DNA of 64,000 nucleotides from a virus (IMGVR_UViG_3300012324_000010), one strand, 5' to 3'. Shown: positions 9,173 to 19,596, numbered from the stretch's first letter. Numbers and translations are program-made. Notes: generated by a model from the letters alone, not told the origin.

Positions 9173-10831
9173 TTAATGATTACAGGACAATAATAGACAA
9201 GCTATTATCATCGTCATATCATTATTAGATAATACCTGTGCCAACTTAGTTAGCACTACAGTATTACTCACACCCACGGATCTTGAGTGTGATAAAAAGT
9301 CATTATTAACAACAAAAGTATTTACTACTGGAAGAACATATTTCTTCTTTTTTAAAGACTGTGGTTTGGGTCTTTTAGGGGTAGCATGAAACTTATCTCT
9401 ACACTTTTTTGGTTGAATGCTTCTAACACGAGTAGCATTCTTTTTCTTCTTTTTTCTATTCTTATTCTTTTTCCTCGCTTTCTTTTTATCTACCCTAGCA
9501 GCAATAGCAATACTAGCAGTATAATCCTTGTCTAAACGATCACCATTATTATTAACTAACTCTCTAGTGTTGCTATCATAATGTGACTTAGGAGCAGGGT
9601 TAGCTTCATATTCTTCTGGATATTCCCAGCTAGTACCATAAGCATCAACTTTAACTATCTTAACACCATTATTATTAGCTCTATGCTCTATTCTAGATTG
9701 TGTTAATGATTGATCCCATTTACCACTATTGTCTCCCACCCAAGACAAGTCTTCCAATTTGATAATGCTGCAATTTTCTTTTACAGCATGAGCTGTAGCA
9801 TCACGAGCAATCAACCAAGATAAATGCTCTTTTATTCTTGTTCTCTTGGTTCTAACATTGCAATACTCTTTGTCCAAAGATAACCATTTATAATAAGCGT
9901 CTAAATCACTATCATTGTTATTGAGCAACAGCTCTAAATGTTTCTTCTTGTTATAAATGCTATCAATTATGGTGTTTATCCTAGATAGCTTATTATTTAG
10001 ATGATTTATTTCTTTGCTATAAGTTAGCTCTTGTGAATACTCCCCTTGTGGGGTAATACTAGCTGCTGTAAAAGGTTTTATTTTCCCTAAATCAACACCT
10101 AGAATATTCTTTCCATCACTATCATTTACTTCCATAAAGACACTGTATCTCAACTTAACAGTATCAGTATCCTCATCATATTTAATAACAGGTTTTGAAA
10201 CTTTTGTTATATTGTTGATATCTAGATGCGATGGTAGTTGATAGTAAATATCAAACATACCATCATTATCACATTGTATTTTGACATGTACAATATTATG
10301 TTTTAACTCTTGTTTAACATTGTTATCACCAGTAGTATAATCTAAATCAACTGGAGTGATTTTAAAGCATTGTTCTTTGTTTTTCTTCAAGAACTTGAAG
10401 ATATTAACCAGTTCATTAGCGGTGGTTTTTATCTTATTTTCTCTAATCTTATCCCATAAATCATCACAAATATTATCAATGTTATTATCTTTTATGATGT
10501 CTGTGATTTGCTTTTTGTTATACCTGGAAGCATACTGTTGATAAGCATGGGAGCCAACCATTCTCCATAGTCTACTTTTACTTCCTTTAATATTCCATTG
10601 AAGATAGTCTGGCTTTGTTAAGGCACTGAGTGCATCTCTGAATTTACCTTTAGTGAATCCAAGCTCTATTAAATAATACACTTGATCATCATAGTCATTA
10701 ACTATTCTTTCATATTCTTTTGTTAAGAGTTCTTGTGTTAATTTAACTTTTGTTTTTAACAACTCTAAATCAGGACAATTGTTCTGAGTAAGCGTTATAT
10801 TATAACCCTGTGTTGTTATCATATAATTCAC
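9173..10831 (-). CDS. tnpB: TnpB RNA-guided endonuclease (IS607-associated) lacking the CCCC zinc finger, with basic C-terminal tail
   Basis: RuvC motifs LGVDLG, LEDLSW, LDKDYTAS. Confidence 0.85.
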   Translation of the reverse strand: MNYMITTQGYNITLTQNNCPDLELLKTKVKLTQELLTKEYERIVNDYDDQVYYLIELGFTKGKFRDALSALTKPDYLQWNIKGSKSRLWRMVGSHAYQQYASRYNKKQITDIIKDNNIDNICDDLWDKIRENKIKTTANELVNIFKFLKKNKEQCFKITPVDLDYTTGDNNVKQELKHNIVHVKIQCDNDGMFDIYYQLPSHLDINNITKVSKPVIKYDEDTDTVKLRYSVFMEVNDSDGKNILGVDLGKIKPFTAASITPQGEYSQELTYSKEINHLNNKLSRINTIIDSIYNKKKHLELLLNNNDSDLDAYYKWLSLDKEYCNVRTKRTRIKEHLSWLIARDATAHAVKENCSIIKLEDLSWVGDNSGKWDQSLTQSRIEHRANNNGVKIVKVDAYGTSWEYPEEYEANPAPKSHYDSNTRELVNNNGDRLDKDYTASIAIAARVDKKKARKKNKNRKKKKKNATRVRSIQPKKCRDKFHATPKRPKPQSLKKKKYVLPVVNTFVVNNDFLSHSRSVGVSNTVVLTKLAQVLSNNDMTMIIACLLLSCNH

Positions 10832-10886
10832 CTACTTGTGTCCACTGTTGTCCATTCTATGACATATATTATACCATAATAAAAAG

Positions 10887-11447
10887 TCATTTGTTGAAAA
10901 GCTTGTCTGCTTCTTTTTTGGCTCTATTTTTTGCAGAACTTTTACCATGTTGGCGATCATAAAAGCTTGTCATAAAATCAATAACATCTTGAACTTCGTT
11001 ATATTCTGGTTCATTGTTATTTGCTATAATGATATCCTTATTACTTGCTGCTATTATAAGCTCAGCATTCATTCTAGCTAAACGATCTTTGTTTTCTATG
11101 ACAATTGTATCAATAGTATCATCTTGCAATAACTGTACTAGCTTTTTCCTGTGTGGATTCATTCCACTAGCTATCTCTTCTACTGTTTTAGACACTTGAT
11201 AACCATTTTTAATGGCGTAGTTTTCTAGTCTTTGTGATTGTCTTTTCAAATCTTGTTTTTGATCATGTGATGACACCCTAGCATATACTGCTGCCTTTTT
11301 TGTTTCTTGTGCTTTTTCATCTTCATCTGGAACTATGATTATTCTTTCACTTATTCTATATGCTCCAGGTATTTTATTATCATCAAACCATCTTCTTGCC
11401 GTTCTGTAGCTTATGTTGTTCTTCTTTGCCCAGTCTGATAATCTCAT
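10887..11447 (-). CDS. tnpA: IS607-family serine recombinase/transposase
   Basis: N-terminal MerR-like HTH; YARVSS and ENKDRLAR motifs. Confidence 0.92.
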   Translation of the reverse strand: MRLSDWAKKNNISYRTARRWFDDNKIPGAYRISERIIIVPDEDEKAQETKKAAVYARVSSHDQKQDLKRQSQRLENYAIKNGYQVSKTVEEIASGMNPHRKKLVQLLQDDTIDTIVIENKDRLARMNAELIIAASNKDIIIANNNEPEYNEVQDVIDFMTSFYDRQHGKSSAKNRAKKEADKLFNK

Positions 11448-11587
11448 TTTTTAAAACCCTTTTGCTATATATTTTGTCTTTTATTGTCATGCTAACATAC
11501 TATTTGTTGCTTGAATAAAATACGGTTGCAACCCTTCTCATCCCTGCATAAGGGATAAGAAGTATTTAAAAGGGTTTTCCCAGGTTA

Positions 11588-12082
11588 TTAATCTTCCTTG
11601 ACACCAAAGACTTCTACTACAGGCTTGTTAGTCTCCTTATCAAAACGAATAATAAACAGTGGATATCCTTCAATACTTACACCACCACATACAACACCAA
11701 TGATAGAATCATTGTGTAGGGAATCTACTACATGGCAGACCTCATGCACCACATTGGCCATTCCAGAGAGGAAATCAAAAAATGGTTCTGAAACCTTAGA
11801 TTCATCATTAGGCTGAATGAGTTGAATAAGAGAGCTGATGTACTTGCTTCCCTTAAGGGATTCCTCAAGCTCACCAGTAGGCTTAGATAAAGTATAAGTA
11901 CCAAGACCACCAATCGTGGTAGCAACAACTGGGTGATTTCCATTGTCTAAGGTTACAGTAGGATCAATCTGGAACAACTGTGCTTCCATATCAGAATCTG
12001 CAGCATCATAAGAGCTGTTAATAGCTTCAATTCGTCCTGCAGCTAGAGCAAAGTTATTCATATGGTTGATGTCAATAATCAT
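11588..12082 (-). CDS. hypothetical protein (family B)
   Basis: AAGGAG RBS, promoter module, terminator-like hairpin at ~11535-11562. Confidence 0.85.
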   Translation of the reverse strand: MIIDINHMNNFALAAGRIEAINSSYDAADSDMEAQLFQIDPTVTLDNGNHPVVATTIGGLGTYTLSKPTGELEESLKGSKYISSLIQLIQPNDESKVSEPFFDFLSGMANVVHEVCHVVDSLHNDSIIGVVCGGVSIEGYPLFIIRFDKETNKPVVEVFGVKED

Positions 12083-12598
12083 GATGTTCTCCTTAGATGA
12101 TGTGGTGTTGTTTTCCTTTGAACAACTTCTACATTAGAGGATGGTTGCTAGGTGTTCAAGTTGCATGGAGGAAACTACCCCTATGTGGGTGTATTGTATT
12201 TATATAGAGGGGGTGTAGTGTATTTGTTCAACTATAAGTGGAATATCCATTTTGTGTCCCCTTTTAGGTGTTTCCCCCTTGTTAAAAACAACATTATCAA
12301 ACATATACAGAAATAGATAAAAACAAATAAACACAATCACTATCATTGCAACATAGTCAAACACATAACCACACAACCAAACATAGAAATCAACATATAT
12401 CCACATCCACCCTCTATAATGCTTTCTAAGAGGTTGGAAAATCTTTTAGGATGTATCTATCCTTACTTCCTTCTTCTCCTTCCAGGAGTGCTCAGAAGTA
12501 TCAAAAACACCCCTTCTACACCATCTTCATTGACATGATTCTATTTCCATACTAAGATCATAGTAGAAAAGAAAAACACATCATCACTTTCAAGGAGA

Positions 12599-13273
12599 AT
12601 GACAATGTATATGGAAAACTACACTACTCAACAAGATGACAAAGAAGTAGAGCATATCTACACCACCCCAGAGAAAAATGATAAGCAGTCTATTGCAACA
12701 CTTCTCAATGAAGATATCTATTCCCTAGCACTGTTTATCCACAATGCTCACAACCCACAAACCCTACAGTTCTACTGGGAAGAAATCCCTAAGGCTCAAA
12801 TAAATCGTCTAGACTATTTTACCCATGGAGCTGTTCTTCTTACTGCTTTTGCTGAAAATGAAAACACCACTTATAGCATTGCTAAAGAAGTTCTTGCAGG
12901 AAAACCCACCAAGTATGGAGATACATGGATGGATATTGAGCCTGATATCAAGGATAAGTTTTTGAAGCTTCCTTGTGTAGATGAAAAGATAGAGCATGAA
13001 TACCATGCTAAAACAGCTCGTTATTCTCAACAAGAGTTCAATGATGTCTATGACAACCTAGCTAAGGCACATGTTGCTCTTGCTAATGATCCAGAGCTAA
13101 AAGATAGGCTGCGTAGTGTAAAAGAACAGCACTATGCACGAGGTATGCGACTAATGCAGTTTGATCCAGAAGATGTTGAAGCTGTAGGTCTAGAATACCT
13201 ACATCGTTACCATATTCATCTCTTTGGAGCACAATACCGTGGAAATGGTGAAGTAGTAGGATATATTGACTAG
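12599..13273 (+). CDS. hypothetical protein
   Basis: TTGACA-17-TAAGAT promoter at ~12530-12558; AAGGAG RBS. Confidence 0.85.
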   Translation: MTMYMENYTTQQDDKEVEHIYTTPEKNDKQSIATLLNEDIYSLALFIHNAHNPQTLQFYWEEIPKAQINRLDYFTHGAVLLTAFAENENTTYSIAKEVLAGKPTKYGDTWMDIEPDIKDKFLKLPCVDEKIEHEYHAKTARYSQQEFNDVYDNLAKAHVALANDPELKDRLRSVKEQHYARGMRLMQFDPEDVEAVGLEYLHRYHIHLFGAQYRGNGEVVGYID

Positions 13274-13390
13274 ATTGTTTTCCATCTCCTAAATACATAA
13301 GAACTTCTCTTGAAGCAGTATGCATTTCTTCAAGAGAAGTTCTTATTTTATACAGGTGTATTTTGTGTACCCTTTTTGTGATAAGGAAAT

Positions 13391-13583
13391 AAAAAACTCT
13401 ATGACATCCCTTGTTAAAAAAGAACATCATAGAGTTTTTTCTATATTTAGTTGTAAGTAATAAAAGACAGCCACTAGTTATTCCTTGCCAGTAGCATATT
13501 CAGGAAAAGTAAGTGGAAGAAGTGCTGATCATAGATGATGACACATCTATGATGGGCAACAATCTTGGTTTCTGCCTTTGTAA
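13391..13583 (-). ncRNA. candidate structured small RNA
   Basis: TTGCAA-17-TATAGT promoter (13618-13590); no convincing ORF; closing helix AAAGGCAG/CTGTCTTT enclosing two hairpins; terminator at 13391-13440. Confidence 0.5.
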
Positions 13584-13978
13584 GAAATAACTATAGCACA
13601 AAGAATATTACTTTGCAAAACTGCTCTTAATCATAAAGGGAAATACCTCTATCAGCAGCTTGTTTGATACATTCATGCTTTAGGAATGGATAGCATTCAG
13701 CAATCTGAAAATAGACATGTTTTCTCACCATATCAATAGCATCTTGCTTTCCTACAGAGTTGAAATACTCTTCCAACTCTCCATCATAAGTAGTACCGTG
13801 ATGCCTAAGATAGTTCACTGAAATCCTATTGAGGAAATCTTTAGAAGCATCACGTGGATCAACAGGAATGAAATCCCATTTTCCTCTCATCTCTTGCAGA
13901 TCATTATAACTATGTGCAGCTTTTCTATAGAGATTTTCCTTAGAGTCAATTACCACGGGGACAAGACCCGTGGCTTGC

Positions 13979-15151
13979 TCAATCACCTAAGGTGAGAGCA
14001 TCGCTGGGTGATTGACTTGCACCCTGCTCTACACTGCCAGTGGCAGGTAGGGTAGAAATATATTTGTCTCTAATGTTTTTTGCTGCATTAATATCAGCAT
14101 GGTTTGTGTATCCACAGTAGCAGCACTTATACATGCTACCTTTTCTGTTTTTCTTTTCAACTTGGCCACAAGAGCTACACATTTGTGATGTATATCTAGG
14201 ATCAACTTTGACAACCTTGATTCCTTTTTCTTCACATTTATACTCAAGCATAAACTCAAATCGTGAAGGAGACCAAGTATTTTTTAGTCTATTGAAGTTC
14301 TTAGACTTTCTTTGCTGATACAAACCAGTCAAATCTTCTAAGACATAAGTGGATACATCATCAACATTAGCCAACTTTTTGGTAATGATATCTAGCTGAT
14401 TTTTGCTGAACCTTGCATTCTTTCCTTTTTGAGCATTCAACCTTCTTTTGGCTGATCTGGAACCTGATGCAACTTTTGCTTTTAGTCTAGATTCATTATA
14501 TTCCAATTGGCGTTTTCTTCCTCTAATCTTTTTGGAAGAAAAGTTTTTACCACTAGAAGTGGAAGCTACATTGTAAATACCTCTATCAACCCCAACTATC
14601 TTTCCATTAGTCTTCTTTTGAGTAATGGATTTTCTATAAGACAAATTGGCAAAAGCCTTACCATTTTTATCAATGCCAATGGTTGCTGAATTGAACTCCC
14701 AGCTACCATACCTATCAGTGAAAAACTGGGGAAGATTAACATGTGCTTTTCCACGTTTCCCACCATAGAGAGAAAAAGTCATAACACCTAGGGTGTTCAA
14801 AGATACTGTTCTTCTATCATAGTTCATAGAAGATGCAGTATAAACAAGATCTTTTGACCATTTCTTCTTAGGGTTGTTAGAATTGTAGCTTTTCATAGCA
14901 CCAAAAGCATGATTCCTTGCACATTGGATCATTGCTGAGGGAAGATTAGGATTATCAGCTCTTAACTTCTCATATAGCTGCTCATGAGCCTTCTTTGAGC
15001 TAGTAGAATGATTATCCTTTGCCCATTGGGTGTGAGTGTTGAAGATTTCAGCATAAGCATCTCTAGTAGAAATGATTCTTGAATAAGTATCTTCATCCAC
15101 ATCTAAAAAAGCATGTACTGTTCTAGTCATATACTTTTTCTTCTTAGACAT
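13979..15151 (-). CDS. tnpB: TnpB RNA-guided endonuclease (IS605 OrfB)
   Basis: GVDRG, LEDL, TSQMCSSCG...CCYCG...ADINAAKNI. Confidence 0.93.
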   Translation of the reverse strand: MSKKKKYMTRTVHAFLDVDEDTYSRIISTRDAYAEIFNTHTQWAKDNHSTSSKKAHEQLYEKLRADNPNLPSAMIQCARNHAFGAMKSYNSNNPKKKWSKDLVYTASSMNYDRRTVSLNTLGVMTFSLYGGKRGKAHVNLPQFFTDRYGSWEFNSATIGIDKNGKAFANLSYRKSITQKKTNGKIVGVDRGIYNVASTSSGKNFSSKKIRGRKRQLEYNESRLKAKVASGSRSAKRRLNAQKGKNARFSKNQLDIITKKLANVDDVSTYVLEDLTGLYQQRKSKNFNRLKNTWSPSRFEFMLEYKCEEKGIKVVKVDPRYTSQMCSSCGQVEKKNRKGSMYKCCYCGYTNHADINAAKNIRDKYISTLPATGSVEQGASQSPSDALTLGD

Positions 15152-15249
15152 GTGCTTTCACACCTCCTTTGCAAGGATTCTGCTTTATATGTTGCTATGA
15201 TAATATCATTATACACTATCTTTATTAACTATGCAAAAAGAGGAATAAA

Positions 15250-15651
15250 ATGGAAGAAAATCACACAAACCATTCAACTTATAAGATTGGGTATCATCTA
15301 GCCTGGACAACTAAATATGGGAAAAAGGTTTTAAATGAAAGAGTTGCACTTTCAGTAAAGAGAATACTAGCTCAAACATGCACTACCTATGGATGGAAGA
15401 TGCCTGAGGTAGAGGTTATGCCAGATCATGTTCATTGTTTTGTGCAAGCACCTCCACAATATTCTCCTGAAGAGATCACAAGGACACTGAAATCAATTTC
15501 TGCACTAGGTATTTTTAATGAATTTCCAAATCTCAAAGGAAGAAAGTTTTGGGGAAGTGGATTATGGGAGAAAGGATATTATGTTGGCACTGTTGGTGAT
15601 ATGAGCAAAGATGTAGTGTTAAGATATATTAAAAATCAGAAAAAGAAGTAG
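15250..15651 (+). CDS. tnpA: IS200/IS605 HUH (Y1) transposase
   Basis: YHLAWTTKY, DHVH (HUH), LWEKGYYVGTVG, YIKNQ. Confidence 0.95.
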   Translation: MEENHTNHSTYKIGYHLAWTTKYGKKVLNERVALSVKRILAQTCTTYGWKMPEVEVMPDHVHCFVQAPPQYSPEEITRTLKSISALGIFNEFPNLKGRKFWGSGLWEKGYYVGTVGDMSKDVVLRYIKNQKKK

Positions 15652-16126
15652 CCATTCATCCATGGGGACAATCCCCGTGGTTTTCTGGCTAGTAAGATCA
15701 TAAAAGCAGTATTTCTTTTTGAGAACAACCTCATTGAGCCTTTGTTCTACTTTTTCCAATGTCTTTTTCTTCTTAGTAGCCACTGCTTTTTCTGCAGCTT
15801 CTTTGCGTTTTTCATGCTGTGCTAGAGCAGTAGCAGCATCTTTTTGGAAAGTCTTATAGCCTTCTGCTTTCTTTACTCTTTTGGCCATATACCACGAAGT
15901 TAAAACTCCTCTTCTATAGGAGTTTTCAGTAGTAAAATCAGGACACCCTAGAAACTTTTCAATCCTTGTATCATTCCAACCAGCTCTCTTTCTTAGCTGG
16001 GTTTTGGTAAAAGCAACATCCCTGCTATCAGATTCAAAGACCTGCTTTTTCATCTTTCTTATCTCGTCATAGTCTTGTTCTGTTTCTTCTCTGTATGTTG
16101 CTAGTTTTCTCATGAAAAGTATCTTT

Positions 16127-16402
16127 CTATAGTTTATTACTGATAGTAACTACTGGCATGCTATAGGTGGTTTTGTAAGTTATGGTTTTATCTCTCACAA
16201 TCATGATATCACTATAATCATAAATGTTTTTTGCATGAAACAACGCTTCTTGTTCTGTGGAATAAGAAGCCAAGGTTACATACTCATCTTTTTCAACATC
16301 AAAAACTTGTACCTTGTACTCTGTTTCCATATCAGTAGTTGTGTGACTAGTAATCTTTTCTGGTGACATGTGATAGACATTCTCCTTTGTAATGGTTTTC
16401 AT
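16127..16402 (-). CDS. hypothetical protein
   Basis: 91-aa ORF in an operon-like run. Confidence 0.7.
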   Translation of the reverse strand: MKTITKENVYHMSPEKITSHTTTDMETEYKVQVFDVEKDEYVTLASYSTEQEALFHAKNIYDYSDIMIVRDKTITYKTTYSMPVVTISNKL

Positions 16403-16693
16403 TGATAAGTTTTTATCTTTTTCTCTAAATATAGTATAGCATTAATCTTCAAGATGATAAGACTCAATGCTTTTGATTTCATCAATAGATTTCAGATCTA
16501 GATAACAATCATCCTCTACATATTCAATCTCAAAATAATCAGCATTTTCTGCAATAATATCTTCCAACTCTTGAAAAGTGGATTCATTCCAAGAAAAGTT
16601 GTCTTTCTTGCTCATATGGTCATAATCATCACATAGAGAAAGTACATGCTGATTAAAACTTTCAGGAGCATGGGAAGTAGTTGTTAAAGAAAC

Positions 16694-18286
16694 ATGAACT
16701 ACCCTCCACCTACGCTCACTTACGTGAGCTTAGAGGTGGGGGTTTCTTGCTTCTTCACTCAACCTTACCGTTATCACCAGTCTTGTAAGATAGGTGGTCA
16801 CAGCAGAGGGTTTAAGCTCCACAAGCGTTTTTATACTCCAGCACGCTCCGCACTTGGAGTCTTGAATAGTTCTGGGTAGGAGTTCCTCACCCAGGATAGA
16901 TCTATGTCCCCATTAGTCATTCGTAGATCAGGATGAAGGACAGCCATCCTGATCATATTCTCAGCAGCATGAACATCTCTAGGAGCAGAATAGCCACAGG
17001 GACAAGAGTATATCCTCTTGTCCAAAGAATGCTTGTTAAGTCTTTCACAAGCAGGGCAATATTGAGTGGTGGGAACCCATTTAGAAAGAACTATCACTCT
17101 AGGATGATTCTTCAGCTTTTTCTTCACCCTACCTAGAATGGAATGATGAAGCTTTTTACCCCATAAGCGTTTCCAAGCTTTCAAGGATTCATCTTGGATG
17201 ACAATGATCTCATAAGTGTTCAGTAGAAAGTTGACAAGCTTATTAGCAATATCATCTTTTTGATGAGATGTGTCATGGTAGCATTTCTGTATAGAACAGA
17301 CAGTTTTGATGTAGTTATTTGAACCCTTCTTTTGTTTAGAGAGTTTTCTCTGCAAGTTCTTTAATCTTGGGGTGATAGGAACAGAGTTGAAGAACTCTGT
17401 ACCGTCACTCAAGGTAAGAAAGGTTTTTACACCAAAGTCTATTCCTACAATGCTACCTGGGGTAAAAGTGTACTCCTCTTTAGAGGTGTAAAAAGTCAAG
17501 TGAAATACAAATCCACGTGGTGTTTTAAGCAATGCACCTGTTGCAATGTCAGCATCTTGTGGCAATTGTGACAGTCCATGTACTTTTAGCCACCCGATCT
17601 TTTGTATTTTTACTTTTCTTGCTTCAAGATCAACGTCAAAATCATTTCTGAACTGGTTGTATGGTATAGAGGATACCTCTTTTGCATATTTCAAAGCACC
17701 AACCTTGTGTCCATTGCTCTTCAAAGAATGAAGAGATGAAAGGTTATCTTTGACCCTATCCCTGAGATTCTGTTTGTTCTTAGAACTTAAGACTGTGAGA
17801 GCTCTGGTACTGTACTCAGAAGAATCTCTTCCCATCCTCACTTGAACTTGTTTCTTCTTATCATCCCAAGACTTAAGAGCATCATCTCTTAAGTGACTAA
17901 TGATGTCATTAGTGAGCCACTTAGCTTGCAAAAATAAGAGTTCAAGTTTCTCAGCATGAGGTTTAGCGTAAGTCTTATCAATCCCCAGTTCAATAGTCTT
18001 AGCCTGAAGTCTAGACCTACGATCTCTGGTTAGTTTGCCCTTCTCAGCTATGTGTCTATTCTTCTCACAGGAGTAGGTTTTCACAGGTTTTACTGGTAAT
18101 ACAGTTTCCATGAACACCTCTCTTGATCCTGATAAGAATGATTTTGACAATATTTATTGTACCACAAAATCCCTTATTAAGCTAAAGTGAGTTCTATAGT
18201 AGCAATATTGTTTAAACCCACTTATATCACTCCACCTATGCTCACTTACGTGAGCTTTAAGATGGGGGTTTTTACGCGGGTTTTTG
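16694..18286 (-). mobile_element. non-autonomous IS200/IS605 (IS1341-like, TnpB only) element inserted 3' of TTTAT
   Basis: Matching subterminal hairpins GCTCACTTACGTGAGC at both ends; right end ...GTAGTTCAT; excision restores the frame. Confidence 0.9.
16831..18150 (-). CDS. tnpB: TnpB RNA-guided endonuclease
   Basis: GIDFG, IQDES, TTQYCPAC...CPCG...RDVHAAENM; start may be the Met at 18111. Confidence 0.9.
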   Translation of the reverse strand: MSKSFLSGSREVFMETVLPVKPVKTYSCEKNRHIAEKGKLTRDRRSRLQAKTIELGIDKTYAKPHAEKLELLFLQAKWLTNDIISHLRDDALKSWDDKKKQVQVRMGRDSSEYSTRALTVLSSKNKQNLRDRVKDNLSSLHSLKSNGHKVGALKYAKEVSSIPYNQFRNDFDVDLEARKVKIQKIGWLKVHGLSQLPQDADIATGALLKTPRGFVFHLTFYTSKEEYTFTPGSIVGIDFGVKTFLTLSDGTEFFNSVPITPRLKNLQRKLSKQKKGSNNYIKTVCSIQKCYHDTSHQKDDIANKLVNFLLNTYEIIVIQDESLKAWKRLWGKKLHHSILGRVKKKLKNHPRVIVLSKWVPTTQYCPACERLNKHSLDKRIYSCPCGYSAPRDVHAAENMIRMAVLHPDLRMTNGDIDLSWVRNSYPELFKTPSAERAGV

Positions 18287-18623
18287 ATAAAATGGTTGGG
18301 TAAGATCATTATCATAGTATTCAATGATAAAGAAGTCAGCAATAAGATTGATTCTAATAGGCATATAATCTCCTTGATTTTCTACTTTGATAAAATATCA
18401 TATCAGGAAGTTACCAAGAAAAACACTCCTCCTATGTTTGTTTTTCGGTGTTTATTCTGTGTCCCTTTTGTATATTGATAAAAAACACCAGGATGTTAAA
18501 ACTTTTTGCATTATTGGATATAGATATGATATTATTTAATATGAAAACCCCGGAAACGATCCCTGCACTACAAAAGTAGGAGCAAATCGCCGGGGTTATT
18601 GTTTTCTTGGTTGCTTCTTACAC

Positions 18624-18827
18624 TTACATATTCTTCTGTTCCTTCATCTCAGCAATCTTATCTTTAAAAAAGTACTTGTATGCTACCCATGCTACAAGAG
18701 CTACTACAGCAATAGGAAGAACTGTTACAACAATCTTGATAGCAAGATCTAGCAATGTTGCAATCAACCAGCAAATGATAGCAATAGAACCAATGAACTT
18801 AATAGCAGAAGATAATGCATGTTGCAT
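18624..18827 (-). CDS. small membrane protein (two hydrophobic segments)
   Basis: AAGGAG RBS, own promoter, hydrophobic 67 aa. Confidence 0.8.
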   Translation of the reverse strand: MQHALSSAIKFIGSIAIICWLIATLLDLAIKIVVTVLPIAVVALVAWVAYKYFFKDKIAEMKEQKNM

Positions 18828-19041
18828 GATATATATGCTCCTTGAAAAATAAGAGGGGAAGTCAGATCCCCTTGTGATGATGCACCTTCTATTATAAGCA
18901 AGCTACAAGAATAGATCAAGAGATAGGATAAAAACACCCCTCATATGGGGTTGGTGCATATTTGTGTCCCTTTACTTTTCTTATATATAAAAATCCTCTC
19001 TTAGGAAGAACCCAAGAGAGGAAAATTAGAAAAGATTCTAG

Positions 19042-19596
19042 CTATTTAACGTGATATCCCTCCTCAATATCTACGCTCAATGTAACCTTTGAAGCATCTC
19101 TATCATAATCCCAATGAGGGGTGAGAGTATAAGTCTTTCCATCATGAACAGCAGCAATGCTTCTTTCTTCATCTCCACCACCAAGGACAGATTTTCGTGG
19201 ATTATCTATAGAATACTCTGGAATATCATACTCTCCTAGCTTTTCTTTAATAGCTTTATCAATATCTTCACGGTAAATATCAGTGACAGTATCTTTGGAA
19301 TCATATTCAATTTTGCGGCTTTGATGCTCTGAATAAACAGGTTCGCTTAGCGCTTGTGCAGGAGATATATAAACAGGTGAAAATATTGTTCCAGCAAACC
19401 CTGCATATGCAGTAAGTCCAAGAGAAAATATAAAAATAAAAGGATTATTTTTCATTATTCTAGGTCTTTTTTCAAAAAGAAGCATTATCAAAGCAAAGGT
19501 GATTGCATATACTGCTAACATTATTAGGAGAAAACCAAGAAAAGACCATCCCATTTGCACCTGTGAAGTATCAATAGTTTGTTCAAAAATAGTCAT
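19042..19596 (-). CDS. membrane protein, family D
   Basis: Two TM segments; tandem paralog of 19694-20245 (MTIFEQTIDTSQVQM...VHDGKTYTL). Confidence 0.85.
   Translation of the reverse strand: MTIFEQTIDTSQVQMGWSFLGFLLIMLAVYAITFALIMLLFEKRPRIMKNNPFIFIFSLGLTAYAGFAGTIFSPVYISPAQALSEPVYSEHQSRKIEYDSKDTVTDIYREDIDKAIKEKLGEYDIPEYSIDNPRKSVLGGGDEERSIAAVHDGKTYTLTPHWDYDRDASKVTLSVDIEEGYHVK

Larger units (their letters stand above)
9170..11533 (-). mobile_element. IS607-family element 1 (serine recombinase TnpA + TnpB)
   Basis: tnpA-tnpB arrangement; GG(T) shared at both junctions on the minus strand (AAG-GGT-TGCA and AAC-GGT-ACTA); ends approximate. Confidence 0.85.
13945..15699 (-). mobile_element. IS605-family element (divergent Y1 TnpA and TnpB) inserted 3' of TTTAT
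   Basis: Subterminal hairpins CCACGGG...CCCGTGG at both ends; right end ...GTAATTGAC; no target duplication; excision restores the host ORF. Confidence 0.9.
13627..16113 (-). pseudogene. hypothetical gene split by the IS605-like element (5' part 15700-16113, 3' part 13627-13944)
   Basis: Removing 13945-15699 gives in-frame ...KYCFY|SKENLYRK... Confidence 0.85.
16442..18364 (-). pseudogene. family C gene split by the TnpB-only element (5' part 18287-18364, 3' part 16442-16693)
   Basis: AAGGAG RBS; removing 16694-18286 gives MPIRINLIADFFIIEYYDNDLTQPFY|VSLTTTSHAPESF...WNESTF...ADYFEIEY, which matches family C. Confidence 0.85.

Noticed and set aside
9096..11545. Excision of IS607 element 1 restoring a gene (ATG AGA AGG GTA CTA GCT is in frame)
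   Set aside because: The left flank is the terminator hairpin of 11588-12082, with no RBS and an in-frame stop just upstream; the paralog's N-terminal half is missing, so this is likely coincidence plus an adjacent deletion.
9170..18286. IStron (group I intron-IS hybrid) interpretation of the insertions
   Set aside because: Left ends are too short to hold a group I catalytic core, and none was recognised.
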